Positions 1-13,400 of a DNA stretch of 64,000 nucleotides are shown one piece after another; within the stretch, counting starts at the first letter, position 1; each line of letters starts with the position of its first letter. A program made the translations under genes and the position numbers. The DNA is from Laetmonice hystrix (lineage: Eukaryota). The stretch lies in assembly GCA_965235115.1 (NCBI GenBank), contig OZ249436.1, positions 8,186,001 through 8,250,000 of the forward strand, in the 5' to 3' direction. The notes under the pieces were generated by a model that was given only the letters and a program-made list of their open reading frames with translations, was not told the origin of the DNA and searched no databases.

Positions 1-2843
1 AAGGCTGCGGAAAGATCATTCTGAGAATGGGTTTGCACTTTCTCTGTTAGCAGCTGTGCGGTGTGGACATACAGGTCGTTTGGCTTGACGTGTCTCGGAT
101 GGATAAACCAGAGTATGGCAAAGAAAGGGAAACTTCTTGTCAGGCGACCCCTTACTTTGGCGACTCCATACACAGGTTACAATGAGGCTTCAGCCTGAGG
201 CTATTAAAAATTAATTTGTCGGCTTTAGCTCCCGTGCGATATGCCCGGTGGGTTCAGATAGACGGGGTTGTATGACTGAAAGGGGAATTTCATTAGGATC
301 TTGAATTGACTTGTCAGTGAAATACAACGCACAAAAAAGGGGTATAGGTCCGAGCAGGGGTATCTGAGGCGGTGGGGGTAACTGCAGTGTGAATACAACA
401 CCGTCTAATTTAAAAGGGTAGGGTCACTGGGGGCTTCAGGTGGAATGGTGGGAGTCTCCAACATCATGATACCCCAAATACCTACCCTTGCTGTAAGTCC
501 TGTACACCCAACCTTCCAGCCCCCTCCGAGCCTATACCACAGCACCTTTACAAGGCTATCATTTTCTTCATTATGCAGGTGCACCAACACAAACGATGCT
601 TTGACTGAGCGGTCTGGCCTGAAGGCATGTGTACATAATACCTTCATACTTATATGTATGTACATGTATAGAGAGGTACGTAGAGACAGACAAACAGGCA
701 GATCCTGGTACACATCTGATACCCCATACCTTCTATACTAGGAATGTGGGATGACGTTATATTGGACCGCGAGCATTTCGAGTTGTCGCCCTGTCCATTT
801 TCACCTCTCATCGAAACCGCTGTGGGGAACGGGTAAGATATCTGAAAAAAGTGTTTCCATAGCCCCAGAAACCTGGCCTGACCCTAGATATTCTATCTGT
901 TAATCACAGGAGATGCCTAACAAAAATTCGCGAGGGATGGAAAAGCCATTGCCTCAGGAAATGTAGAAAGGGAGTACGAAGATTCAACACAAAGACACCA
1001 TTTGTTAGTGGTCAAATAAAAAAAAGAAATTTATGATAATAAACCCCGAATGACGCCACCTAATTTGTTCAGCGATTTGCTAAAAGATCAAATTTTGTGG
1101 GGGGTTTTGGGGCCCGACTGACTCCAAATTATTTCGTGAAGTAAACATCTGTTGTATTTTATGGTGGATCTATAAGGCGCGTGAATCTTTGCTGACTGCC
1201 ACAAAAGTCGTAAAGTTGTATTTTGGTTGATGGCATACTTAGTATATAATTTGATTTTTTGTGACGTCCTTGAATGTACTTCTTTTTTTCAGTTCGGGAG
1301 AAAACATGTATAGAAATAAAGATACACCTTCTATAGGGATACCGTATCAGGCGCATCTTGCCCCTGAAATATAAAAAGTGGCATTTCCTATCTGAAGTTG
1401 ACGTACTTATCTATGTGAGCATTGCCCAGATGATTTTGATGGTGTGTTAGAACCTTGAATCGTACATAAAGAGAACAAACTGTGCCTTGTTACATGTCAG
1501 ATATGTCTCATCTGACACGTTCATATCGGGTCGATGTTGATGAAACACACGAGTTTCTTTTGAAGTGATTGAAAAGGTAGTGGTAGGAAGGCACCGAATT
1601 GATGCCTCCTCTGGGAATTAAACTTTGAATTCGCACCTATACATTTGATCCGCGCCGTTATAGCATTTTTGTTAGCCTAATATTATTAAATGAGCTTCGC
1701 AGACAAGAAACGCTTCATGTTCTTACGTATACGTGGAGGCGCTATCCTATTAAGGGATTCAAGTCATTTCAAGTATTTGCGGAATTTTGTTTTGAACTCG
1801 TAATGAGAGAGGGCGACGTAAGATTTCTCGAGGGTGTCAGGAGGAACGCCTTATCTGGCAGTTCTCGCCACCATTAACCCTTGGAGCCTTGTATTCTCAG
1901 CCGGACGGAGGGCGGGGGTGGGGGGGGGGAGGGGGGAGGGGGGTGAGCGGACATGAGGTTTATAGACCAAGGTATATCAAAACAAAACAAGATCTGCGGG
2001 TGTATCTGATTTGCTGGGGATGTATGTACAGCTACCATTTACAACCAAAATTAAATATGCAGGCATAGAGTCTAAGCTAGCTCTGCTGACAGAGCTAGTT
2101 GATTTCATCGAGACCATAGGTGCTGATGTACGACATAATCAGGCCCATTATACTACGAAGGACCTTTCGTGTTGGAGGGGCGGGGGTGCGTGTCTTCTGA
2201 AAATAGACATTTCAAGGGAGGGTAAACACACACGGCAAATAAGGTCTCGTAGACCAAATGGAAGACCAGAATTTACCTCAATATTAGATGCAATAAATGC
2301 CACAGTTATGTTGTCTGAATGAAGTATTTAACGTGTAACTAACTACCCGATGTGTGACGCCGCTGGTTCTTACCTTGACCTTTTGTGTGTTCATCAGAGC
2401 CGAATGCTGCACACCACGGCATATTGCGTAACATTACGTGTTACTCTGCTCACAGACCCTGTCTACACGATGTTTGGAGTCCTAACGTTTGTAAACGTCC
2501 GAGGTGTTGAACACACAAGCAGAACCAGCGGCGTCACACATCGGGCAGTCACACGTTAATTACTTCATTCAGACAACGTAATTGTGGCACTTATTGCCCT
2601 GAGGTAAATGCTGGTGTTTCAATTGGTCTACGAAACCTTATTTGCCGTGTGAGTTTTCCATCCCTTTAAGAGTGATGATACAAGCGGCGTACGTGCAACG
2701 CCTTGTGGAGAGGCCCCTCGTCAGGTCAGTAGAACCAATATTTTTTATTTAGCCTATATGGCCTATTTATTTATTTATTTATTTAGTTATATTGGAGGTA
2801 AGCCTTTGTTATTTCATATCTGTAGGCTTCTGCTATGCATTTA

Positions 2844-3262
2844 CAGGCGCGGATCCAGCATTACACGAAGAGGGGGGCGCCCTGGAGCGCCGATGGCGCG
2901 AGGTGAACATGCGCGGGGGTCAAGGGGTCCTCCCCCAGAAATTTGTTGAATTTAGAAGGCAGATAAACGCTGTTTTCCAAAGCATTAGGCATAGCCTATC
3001 AATAACAGGCACGGGGGGTCTGGGGCCTCCCCCAGAACATCTTTTAATTTAGAAGGTCAAACGCTATTTCCCGGCATCTGAAGATAGAACTTGTGAAGTT
3101 TCTCAAAGTATTTAGGTCTATAGCCTATCAATAACATGCGCGGGGGTGGGGGTGGGGGTCCTCGGCAGAATTTTTTTAAATTTAAAAGGGGGAAAACAAC
3201 ACGCTATTCCCGGCATCTGGAGATAGAAGAGTTGAAGTTTCTTCAAAAAAGGGGGGCGCCTG
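2844..3262. mobile_element. Non-autonomous DNA transposon (MITE), CA..TG termini, hAT-like
   Basis: Ends CAGGCGC.../...GCGCCTG, flanked by direct repeat CATTTA (2838-2843, 3263-3268); three internal copies of a GGGG..CCTCCCCCAGAA..TTTAGAAGG..AACGCT module. Confidence 0.7.
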
Positions 3263-3988
3263 CATTTATTGAATCCAGACTCAGAATGTTGTCGAAGGTT
3301 CTTCAGGCGGAAATTCTCAATGACAAGGGATAAATTTGTTCTGAATGGACCTATACCAGGATATAAGCAGGAATATTTGTAATTTTCAACAAGGAAAGTT
3401 TACCCTCCGGATACAAACCTGTTCAGATCCCCAGTCAATAGAAATCTTTGGCTTTACATGAACGGTTCATTGAATTCCGAGGGTATCATCGCGTGAGGCG
3501 CACTGCATTGAGCTGGGCCTGTAATGGCGGTGCCGAAACAGCCTGTGGCATTACTGTTCATTGCAAACACTTGAACGGCGCTGTGCTGGATGTGTATAGG
3601 AACGGCCTATAGAGTTCAAGTATGTACGAAAACCTGCCCCCTCCGACGAACAGTGAGACTCCCTCGCTATTGATGCTTTCAGATTATCTAGGGCAGGATG
3701 GTGAAAGTGTGCTTCAGATTACGGACTTGATGTGCAGAAAATAAAGTTAACTGGGCTCACGGGTATAGGGGGTAGCGAATATCTCTCCACCAATCAACTA
3801 TCGTGTTTGGGTCGATGGACGACTCTCTAAGCCGCGCTCCTACTGGACGATTATTTCATAGACGGCCGTACATTTGACTCGGCCCGAATAGTCTCGTAGG
3901 ATCTCGTCACATTAGGCCGATTACCGCTAATGAATTATCACCCGATTTGGGCGCTCCCATGCACTCTACGATTCAGGCGGAAGACTTA

Positions 3989-4208
3989 AGCTATCTCGTT
4001 ATTACGACTTAGTATGTCGTTATTACGACTTAGTATGTCGTTATTACGACTTAGCTATCTCGTTGTTACGACATATAGCTATCTCGTTATTACGACTTAG
4101 TATGTCGTTATTACGACTTAGCTATCTCGTTATTACGACTTAGTATGTCGTTAGTACGATATAGCTATCTCGTTATTGCTACTTAGTATGTCGTTATTAC
4201 GACTTAGT
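3989..4208. repeat. Minisatellite, about 10 units of 21-22 bp (AGTATGTCGTTATTACGACTT / AGCTATCTCGTTATTACGACTT)
   Basis: Directly visible; two unit variants, with an internal hairpin GTCGT-TATT-ACGAC. Confidence 0.95.
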
Positions 4209-4305
4209 AAAAGAAGAAGGCCATAGAATGAGGGGCCATCCCATGACAGGCCTGGTGACCTGATTCGTACTCGCTGTTTGATTGGTCAGCGTACTAAATT
4301 TCATC

Positions 4306-4722
4306 TTGCCTGGTGCCCTGTGCCTACCATACGCATCCGCTATGTTAGGCCAGGTGATGGCTACCAGAAAGCTGCGAAACGGAAGTGATTAATCTCCAAG
4401 CACTTCCGCTTCCGTTCCGTTGGTCAGCGTTAACAGAGTGACCGACTTCTGCTTGAAGCGTGGCCGGTAGTGGCCAACATGCCACTGCGTATGCAGACCG
4501 TAGCAGGTGTGGGGACTGATGACGCTATGTTTACATCCAGATAAGCGAGGACATTTAACACTTGTATTTTAAAGGGATTGACGAAAATATCTGTATCTTG
4601 TTGGAGAAGGTACGGAACTACCTCGTTTGCGTCCATGTTTTCGATGGGCCAATCACAACGCTCGCTTCGATTGGCCTTCACCAGGCTCTATATACGTAGT
4701 GTTTAGACCGGGAACCAGGCTA
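4306..4722. mobile_element. Non-autonomous Academ(H)-like DNA transposon
   Basis: Imperfect TIRs TTGCCTGGTGCCC / GGGAACCAGGCTA (reverse complement TAGCCTGGTTCCC) and exact 9 bp TSD AATTTCATC (4297-4305, 4723-4731). TAG..CTA ends with 9 bp TSDs characterise AcademH. Confidence 0.7.
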
Positions 4723-5445
4723 AATTTCATCGGCCGACTCGTGAATTGGCCGAAAAGAGTTTGACATGACAAGCTTTTCTGTTCGGCCGACTTTTCCCAG
4801 CGATTGAGAAAAATCGGCCGACTGGCGTGCTCCCATTGTGCGAAATTCGGCAGTCTAGCCGATTCTGTGCACAGTATTGGAGTATTGCGCACATGTTTAG
4901 GAAATGATGCGTATCTTAATGTATTACGAATCGAGCTATTATGGTCCGTGTTCGCCTGTCCGCCATATTTTTTGTACTGCGCATGTGCGTACAGGAGGGC
5001 TTCCTAAAATGGCGGAGTGATTTAAAAATTCGGCTTCAATTTACAACAAACTACCCTAACAGTCATAATCACCTTAGAAATAGACGGTATTTTGCACGAG
5101 GATTTAGCGAAAACTATGCACATTAGGCCTAACAGCGAGATTCCATTGTAAATAGAAATCACGACAGGGAGTTCAAAACCGAGCGAACCGTCGCATTTGA
5201 TAAATTCCCTGTTTATGTGCTCTCGAACTCCCACATCCTTAACGCAGAGCTGTTAAGGGTGGCCACGCCCAGGGTAGGGGATTGGTCTGATGGGAATAGC
5301 TTGCATTAGGTGCATAAGTGAAAGCTATACCACCAAGGTTTTATAGGCCTAATGTTCGTTGAATCAAAAGACGAAGAGTCCAGTAAAGGCGTCGGAAATC
5401 TCCGGTATAAATATTGGTGTTGGAATATTGGTGTTGGAAACAGCT

Positions 5446-5728
5446 ACCTGTAGGCCGACATGCACAAGACAACCTGTAGGCCGACATGCACAAGACAACC
5501 TGTAGGCCGACATGCACAAGACAACCTGTAGGCCGACATGCACAAGACAACCTGTAGGCCGACATGCACAAGACAACCTGTAGGCCGACATGCACAAGAC
5601 AACCTGTAGGCCGACATGCACAAGACAACCTGTAGGCCGACATGCACAAGACAACCTGTAGGCCGACATGCACAAGACAACCTGTAGGCCGACATGCACA
5701 AGACAACCTGTAGGCCGACATGCACAAG
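5446..5728. repeat. Minisatellite, about 11 x 26 bp (ACCTGTAGGCCGACATGCACAAGACA)
   Basis: Perfect tandem copies. Confidence 0.97.
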
Positions 5729-8304
5729 GCACCTTAAGAAAGGTGTATCGGGAATATACCCCTATACCCTGCACCTGCCGACGGATGTGTTCGTAGCCAC
5801 TCAAGTATCCGGTTGTGTGAGTTTGGTGTGAATTGTAGGGAAGATGGACATGGACAAAGGATTCGTAACAAGCCAAGAGCTCCCCTGAAAGTTGATGAAT
5901 GCTTCTGTTGCTGAGTTTTCTGTTTTAGCCTCGGGGAGCAATTTCTGCCTGGCTGGAGATACTTCAGTTGAGTTAAGTATGTGGAACAGGGGCAAGGAAT
6001 GGTACAAGGCCGGAATTATTGGACTTTCTCTCCCGTCACCAACCACTCGAACTTTGTTCCTATATCATGAACGGTTAAACTATTCCAATCCCAATCCCGC
6101 AAAAAATGCATCCACTATGCTTGTCCACACAGATTCCAGACTAGGCTATAGCCAGTGTTTCGGAGATCATACGCCAAGTAAGCTGTCATGACCAATTATG
6201 CCATACTCTGACTACATCAAGGTCTAAACTTCGAGAAAGAAACGTATCACCTTGCTAAGTGACACCAAGAAACCTGCCTTTGTCTAAACTCTGAACGTGC
6301 ACCATTAAGTCGATCAGATAGTGAGACAGAGGAATCAGGCTGGCTTTTCAGGTGGAAGACTGATAAACCACCAAGTTGACCTTTTATACGTTTTGAATCA
6401 TCACTTAGGCTAACAAGCAAGCTGTGACCTGTGGTCACTCAAAATAGTCTTGATCAGTATACGGAATAAGGGGGCAAAGGGGACATCTTAAATAAAATAA
6501 GAATAACATCAACATTTTTTATGAAAGGTTTTTTATTAATCTTAGGTCAGATTAATTTGGTGCTGACAATCTAAATGCTATCCATGCAGTTTCTCTGAGA
6601 CACTTTAAAACTAAACAAAATGTGTCCAAAAATACTGTATCAATTCCATTAATAATTCGCACTTTCCCTACTTTAAAAGTTCCGGGTTGTTTTTCGCTGT
6701 TAGTTGGATTCGTGAAAATAGCATTAGGCCTATACATGGAGTAAATAAAAGTGATGCAGTCCATATTTGTGTCTGAACGTGGCAATGGCGTGTCCCCGAA
6801 GGATCGACTCCCCGTTCAGATACCGGAAGGAGAAAACAATATCATCCATTTAGAACCAATAGTAGAATGTTTGCCATACAACGCAAGACATACACTTATG
6901 ACATCAATGAAACATCTTAACTGGAATATTTTCCTTGCTTGCAAAGGGAGCAGCACTGAACTCTTGGCTGGCAGGTGGCCCTGTCATTGTCCACGCCAGG
7001 ACTTTCGGAAATCCTTCATCGTAAACCCCCTAGTAGTACGAACTATCCGGGTACACGTTAAAGGGGTTTTGTAATAAGGGGGTAAGGGGTAGTTATGTCA
7101 ACCCACTCCACAATGTATTAAGTGGCTTGATGGTATGCAGGTGTATATTAGGTCTATCAACGACGTTAGGTATTAGGCCAATATGATCTGTTTCATCCGC
7201 CTTGTGCGCGTGGAGGGCGTTGAATTCTGTGGCTATAAGGGCAGCAAAACAGGGTCCATTCTAAGCTGGGATTTGTAACAAAGATGGGATATACTTGTGC
7301 CAGAATATAATAATCTAATCTTGCACATGTATACATCTGTTTGTCAGTCTTCTCCTTTCCCCCTTGAGTGTCCCGACTACAGAGGGCCCGCCTCACATTG
7401 TTGGTACGCCTGGATTCGCCATGTTCAAGTACGCCCCGTCGAGGTGTATGCCCGTCTGTGGTTGGCTGGTTGTCCGTCCGTGTGGTCCCCGGCCAGTGAC
7501 TGAGTGAGTCGGCGAGTGGCTATGAGCGCGGGAGGAGGTAGTCCCTGCGCGCGGCCACAACCCACTGGTTATTCTGTGTGTCAACCTCACCACGCCAACA
7601 GGACTAACTGTCTATGATACTGACTGCATCGACAACGTCAGCCTCATCATTAACACCTACCCGGGAGGAATTTATTCGCTTGAGGAAGTGGAGTTTTCTA
7701 CCAGTGTTTCACCTACGAATGGATAGGCATAAAAATGGGCAAGTTTTGCCCCATCTAGCCGAAGGTGCCTAATAGTTAATTCGTCTACGTTGAGGAAGGA
7801 GAAGAAAAAGATCTCGCACTATCCGTTGTCTATGTGTTGATCGTTTTCACCAAAGGTCAATTAGGACACGCACGGCTCTCATCAGCTGGTGTTTACTAAA
7901 CGTTGACACTCTGGTTAACATATTGCACGGAGTTGGTTTCGTGTCGGTTGTCACAACCGCCCGACGTGAGGACCGAAGTCGTTAGCACACAGTTGCGAGG
8001 TATAGCTCGTCGCATCCTACTATCAGACCAGCACAACGACGTCAGGTGTGAAAGCGACCGCATAGTTCACGGGATCCTTGCTCAGCACCCCGCAGATAAC
8101 CAACGGAAAATACTGAACACTTTCTCTAGGGCAATTTTGGACCGAATTGCTCATTACCTTGCAGCTTGGCACAATGTGAATCAAGCACGGAAAGGTGCTA
8201 TATCCGTATAAGTCGCTGTCTTTATCTTACATTGGACCTCCTAAAAAAGGTCCAGTTGGCTTCAGCAATTTCCTAGATAATGGAGGATTGAATACTAGCC
8301 GGCC

Positions 8305-8378
8305 ATGGATACCTACTTGGCTAAAATCCTCCTGGTCACCTGCATTCTGAGCTTGCAGAATGTCCACGCGTCTTGGTG
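8305..8378 (+). CDS. WntA: Wnt ligand (WntA-like), coding exon 1 of 4: signal peptide
   Basis: gccATGG Kozak context; MDTYLAKILLVTCILSLQNVHASW is a hydrophobic signal peptide ending in TG|gtaagt (phase 2). It splices in frame to 34101 to give ...ASWWYLG, the typical Wnt mature N-terminus. Confidence 0.85.
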
Positions 8379-9979
8379 GTAAGTACACATACCTTCCTCA
8401 GTTTCTAGCGCCAGTGACAAGACAGTTTTGGCAGGAAATTGATGTAGGCCTACTGTACGAATCTTTGGTCATGACGGAAAAATACACGACCTGAAGGCAT
8501 GATAATTGTTTTCTTATACCTTTCGTCGCCGCATGCCTCCATGTAGTCTGGCTCATATTAAAAAGAGGAGTGCTCTTTCTTCTATAATGGTCTATACGCC
8601 CTGCTCCTAATGAAAGCGTCAATTAGTAACTTAACACGTTATCAAGGACATTCATTAAGTACTACACACGTTCAATCATTGCATATTTATTGGAGGGGAT
8701 CATTTCCATATACAACAGTTCAGCCAGGTGAACTTTATCTGCGACAAGCAGAAAGAAAAAACCTCCCGTCCTGTTACTGGTTTTGTTAAAGCTTTTCTAT
8801 ATAGTTCAAGAATTAATGCGACCTCATATTTCTACATAGGTATGCGGTCGCATTCTCTTCTCGTTTTCATTTTGATCTTGTGATGATCAATAAAATATTC
8901 ACCAAGAACGCAAACTGCGGAAGTATACAGCGACATGACCTAAGTTCCTTCATGTCGCATTGATATATGACAGTCGTTCGTTGGCGTATCGTCTTAGCGA
9001 AGGTATTGTCTTCTGATCGTTGGTTTACTTAGTGCTAAGAGTTGTGGTCGCAGCCGATGAGATTCTGTCTACTGTCATGTCTCCCCCTGCCATGATGAAT
9101 AGCCACTGGCCCGGAGGAGTTTTGGAGGCTGCCATGCATCGCGAGGTAGTGCGAGAATGTACGGCCTGACCAAGTTTCTGACTTTATAACTGGCGGCGGC
9201 GGCCCAGCACGCCGGCCGGCCCACCGACTCAGCGGGCAATGTGTATTGCACAGCGTGTTTACCCGCGTCGGCGGCGTTTCCACAGTCGACAGCGCCAGCT
9301 TCAGTTTCACTTCAGTCTCTAGAAGGGCCAAATAAATATTCTTGCCTTTCCTGCATGTGCAATCACAACAACAAATAATTGTCGAGTACTGAGGTGATCC
9401 AGCCAGCCTCTTGGACATTTTTCTGTTTATGTCCGAGTTTTGTCTTATGTAAGGATAGGCTACTGACCAAAATGAGGCGCTATGTGTCATCACTCACAAT
9501 GTCATGACAAATAATGTCATGACAAATGTGCATGTCGAGCTGTAGGTGAGCATTTTAATTATGATCAAATGGTCGCACCTATTTCATCATAAAGAATAAC
9601 GTGCTTTATTATAGCTTTATCGCGGTTTTATTAGATACTTTGAGATGAAAGATAAGAACGATACCCTAACCCTGGGCCGAACTCTTTGAGAACTTGCCAG
9701 GCCGGATTTTTCCGATTTCGTCAAACATGATTGATAAGGTAATGTTCATGAAACGTACCTCAGGTATTTAATAGCACACATAATTGGACGTGATAAAATG
9801 TACACGAGTCGCCCACTATACTAGAAACGACGATTTATTGTCATTATTAGATAATCATTATACTAAACATCATGACAATGGGTGATGAAGGTTTAGGAAA
9901 CCATAGTTTTACTTTCCGATGCGTGCGAGTCGTGATTCTTTGAGACTGTATAATGATCAAGGAAGGTTGTCTTAAGTCG

Positions 9980-10415
9980 TGAGTGAATTGGAGGTTTTAC
10001 AGCCCTGTTGACAATATTTCAGTCATATTTAGGGCGATAGGAACCATTTAATTCAGTCAAGGGGCCTATTTACCCCTCCCCTACCCCAGGGGGTGGGTGA
10101 TGATGAGGATGAAGAAACCTACCACCGGGAGACAATCCCCTACTCTTTTCGAAAAATGACAAGGGGACTTGTATATGCGCAGTCGCACAGACATGGCTGG
10201 AGATGCCAACGCCTGACCCAGTTGCGGAGCACTGGGGAGGATCAGTGAGATAAATGTTATTGGAAGGATGTAAATCCATCTACGCCACGCAGATGATTTT
10301 GCAATCCGTCACTCGGCCACTTCCCCACACCAGCCCTTGCCCCTTTTATCGCCTTTTACGAACAGCCATGGGTTGAGTTGAGGATCACTTTTACCCCTGA
10401 TCCCCAAGGGGGCGG
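9980..10415 (-). mobile_element. SINE-like retroposon remnant
   Basis: GTGAGTGA..GGTTTTACAGCC..ACAATATTTCAGTCATAT resembles an antisense lophotrochozoan SINE tail (a similar fragment is at about 16788-16850). The other end reads on the minus strand CCCTTGGGGATCAGGGG..GATCCTCA..CCCATGGCTGTTCGTAAAAGGCGATAAAAGGGG, resembling a retroposon 5' motif I recall; not database-confirmed. Confidence 0.5.
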
Positions 10416-13400
10416 CAATACTATACAAACCCCCTGCCAGTCAACAGTCATGCCATGCCGAAACTGTGACGGAGCCGTTCCCTAGAGTGACCCGAGACAA
10501 ATTCCCCGCATACAAGGGTGGATTGAAATTCACACAACCTTTTGATCTAATGGTTGGGTGGTGCGATTTCAAGAACACACACGCAGACAGTGGCAAATGA
10601 CGTCAATTTGGTGGAAACCGTCATTAAGGAGGCTCACCGGGGTAAAAAATAACCACTTCTGCGCAGCTTTCTGCGCATGTAAACATGTTTAAATAAAATG
10701 ATTTTAAGGAGAAGGAAACGATACTCGAAAAGGCAAAGTTATTCAAAGTTATAGGATTCCTCCCTATCTCATATATAAAATGTTTCTGTAAACGATATAA
10801 GAATCGTGCCAATACTGTCTTATACAACATTACATGAGAGGTAAGTAGAATTGAAAGACCATCTTGAATGTGCGCAGTGGACAGAATGTTTATACGAAGA
10901 GTCCCCCAGGGGTTCTGGCTGCGAACTTCTCGCCACTTAAAGCTTGAAGCACCAGCAGCGTGATGTTGAACGTCTCCTGGCCATTTATGGTAGGTTTGGC
11001 TTTTCCCATGCAGACCACTGCCAAATGAGGTGTAAACTTATCATAAATTAAGCATAAAGCTGTTATGATATACACCACATGAGGCTAGATTTGCCTCCCT
11101 TCTTCGCTTAGACCTACTCATCTTTTGTACTGCCACCAATCTCCGTATCGCTGGTCTCAACTAAACTTTCCCATCCAACACTTTCCGAGGTAGAAAGCAC
11201 ACCCCTGACTGGATCAAAAGATATAGGTACTACATTCCGGCTGAGTGTTGGGTAATGATGCACAAGGGACCTCCAATTATACAAGAGCCGTATACGCCAT
11301 GCAGCCCCAAAACCGGACCTCCATGTGGGAGAAATAGGTATACCTGCGGTGACGAGGTTGACATAGTCCGCCTTGGAATGTGATGACCTGTGACAAAAGT
11401 CCGCATTCAAAATGTGCTTGTCCATGGATACCTTTTGGCTGATGGTGTCACCATGAGATCCTTGTGGCTTCTGTTTGGTTTTTGCCCTTGTACCTGTGAT
11501 GTAATTTGATTGATGTATTCTGTCCTCGCCAGCCTAACCCCGGAGGGCTCGCTCAGTGTCATCTCAATGGTCACACCTTAACGTGACCTATTTCATATGG
11601 CACCCAAATGCGCCATATTTCACGCGGTAGTCATTTACGAAACGTCAAATCATGTCTATGAGGGTCACATCAAATGGAAGTGAGGGAACCTAATTTGGAT
11701 TGTTTGCAACTCGATCATTTCCAAGTGTGAAGGTATTTCTTGCCGTCAGAACAGAAGGAAAGTAACAGGACGTTATTTGGACGACGTAAACACGTCCAGG
11801 GAGTGCCGAAATTACCACCTACTCTCTGAAATCATTTCAATCAATGTTTAACTGCCCGAAGAGAAACGTTTTGGTGATGTGATTTAGCACGATTCAAACG
11901 TGTCATACCAGCCACCGTACACGGGTCACAAATACTTAATCCCCACTTTGAACACATCTGGAGCACCCTAAAGTAGCTCGAACGTTTACCCAAAGACTTA
12001 AGTAGTACTTGGTCAAAGCTTTACAACACACAGTGCACTTTCAGCGTAGCTTTTACTTGACTTCCATGAGAAGGGAAATACACAAGCAATTGATTGTAGC
12101 CCTTTTTGGGCTTTTATTCAAATCTTTGAATGAAGTTCCTGATCATCGGCATTTCATCTTGGCCCTCTTAAAGAGGCCCCTGTGCAAAATCGGATCAAAG
12201 GAAAATGATGTCGATTGTTGGCGCCGATGATTAATGCTGGGAGCGATTCAGACTCTTGACTTTGAAGTCGATATTCTGTTGGGCTGACCATCACTCGCTT
12301 GTTTCCGTCAACACTGAGACTTCGGGAGGAAAAAAAACTCCTAAGAAAAAATGAGTTTTCAACTTTGTGAGAAAAAGGACTGTGTTGGTTACTCTTAATG
12401 ATAGGGTAGATGACACACAACATTAATATGCCTCAATCATTATAATACATATTTATGAAAGTCAGTATGCACTTCAGGTGTAAATCTATAACATTCCTAA
12501 AACCTTTCACCACAAAAAAAAACTTGACTGATGCGCCAATGCGTGGAAGAATTTAAAGCTAGGCAAAAAAATCCCCCCTGACTCTCTTAAATGATAGTGA
12601 CATGACATTACCATACCTTTGAGAAGGCAGGCTTTAAGACTGTTGTTTCTTTGACACATTGATTTATTGACCGAGTCTTGCCTTCCACCAGTCCCACATT
12701 GACTCATCATCCGTAAGACGGTTAAGTCGACACGCATGTTTCCTGATGTCTATAGCAGCAGCCATGCAATGTGGTTCGGTAACAAAACCACAGACTGTCT
12801 ACCTACCTGGGCAATGTCTCTTTACAAACTTCTCAGTCAGGCCACACCTGTGTGAAGCTCTTATGGGAGTTGTTATTTCATTGATAAAACAGAGCAATCT
12901 TTCTCACCCAGGGGTCCGCATGCACACTACATACAGTGTGTTGTTTTTCACCAAGACGTCAACTAACTAACAAACACATCAAAAGTAGGCGGACTCGTTT
13001 TTGTGTGTATCTGTATCCGTTAGAAAGCTTATATCGATGAGCAACACCTTGACGCTTCACAGCATTGTGGTTTCAAACTTATAATACAGGCTGCTTCTAA
13101 CCTTGATATGTTGGTAGGTTTTTGAGTGGAGACTTCGCCTTAGAAGGCCGTGGACACTCGGCATAACACCAACATACGGGCAATGTCGATGGTAGCGCAC
13201 TCTGGTGGCAGCCGTAATGATTCATTAAATTGTAGTCGTTGCTCTTGGGCATCTATGACTGCAATCGTAATTTAATCATGGGATTCCATGTTGAACTGGC
13301 GGTAACCAGCTACAGTAGGTGAATCAATCCAACAAAGATATGGTTTTTTTAGTTCTCCAAATGCCAATTTGCCTTGGGTGTGAAGACATCACGCACTGCG

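Noticed and set aside
5341..5876. Repetitive Cys-rich ORFs
   Set aside because: Translations of the 26 bp tandem array cycling through frames.
11114..11495. Possible antisense nested exon(s) in Wnt intron 1 (open frame with cag| and |gtatac)
   Set aside because: No recognisable protein similarity, weak donor and no partner exons identified; RNA-seq would be needed.
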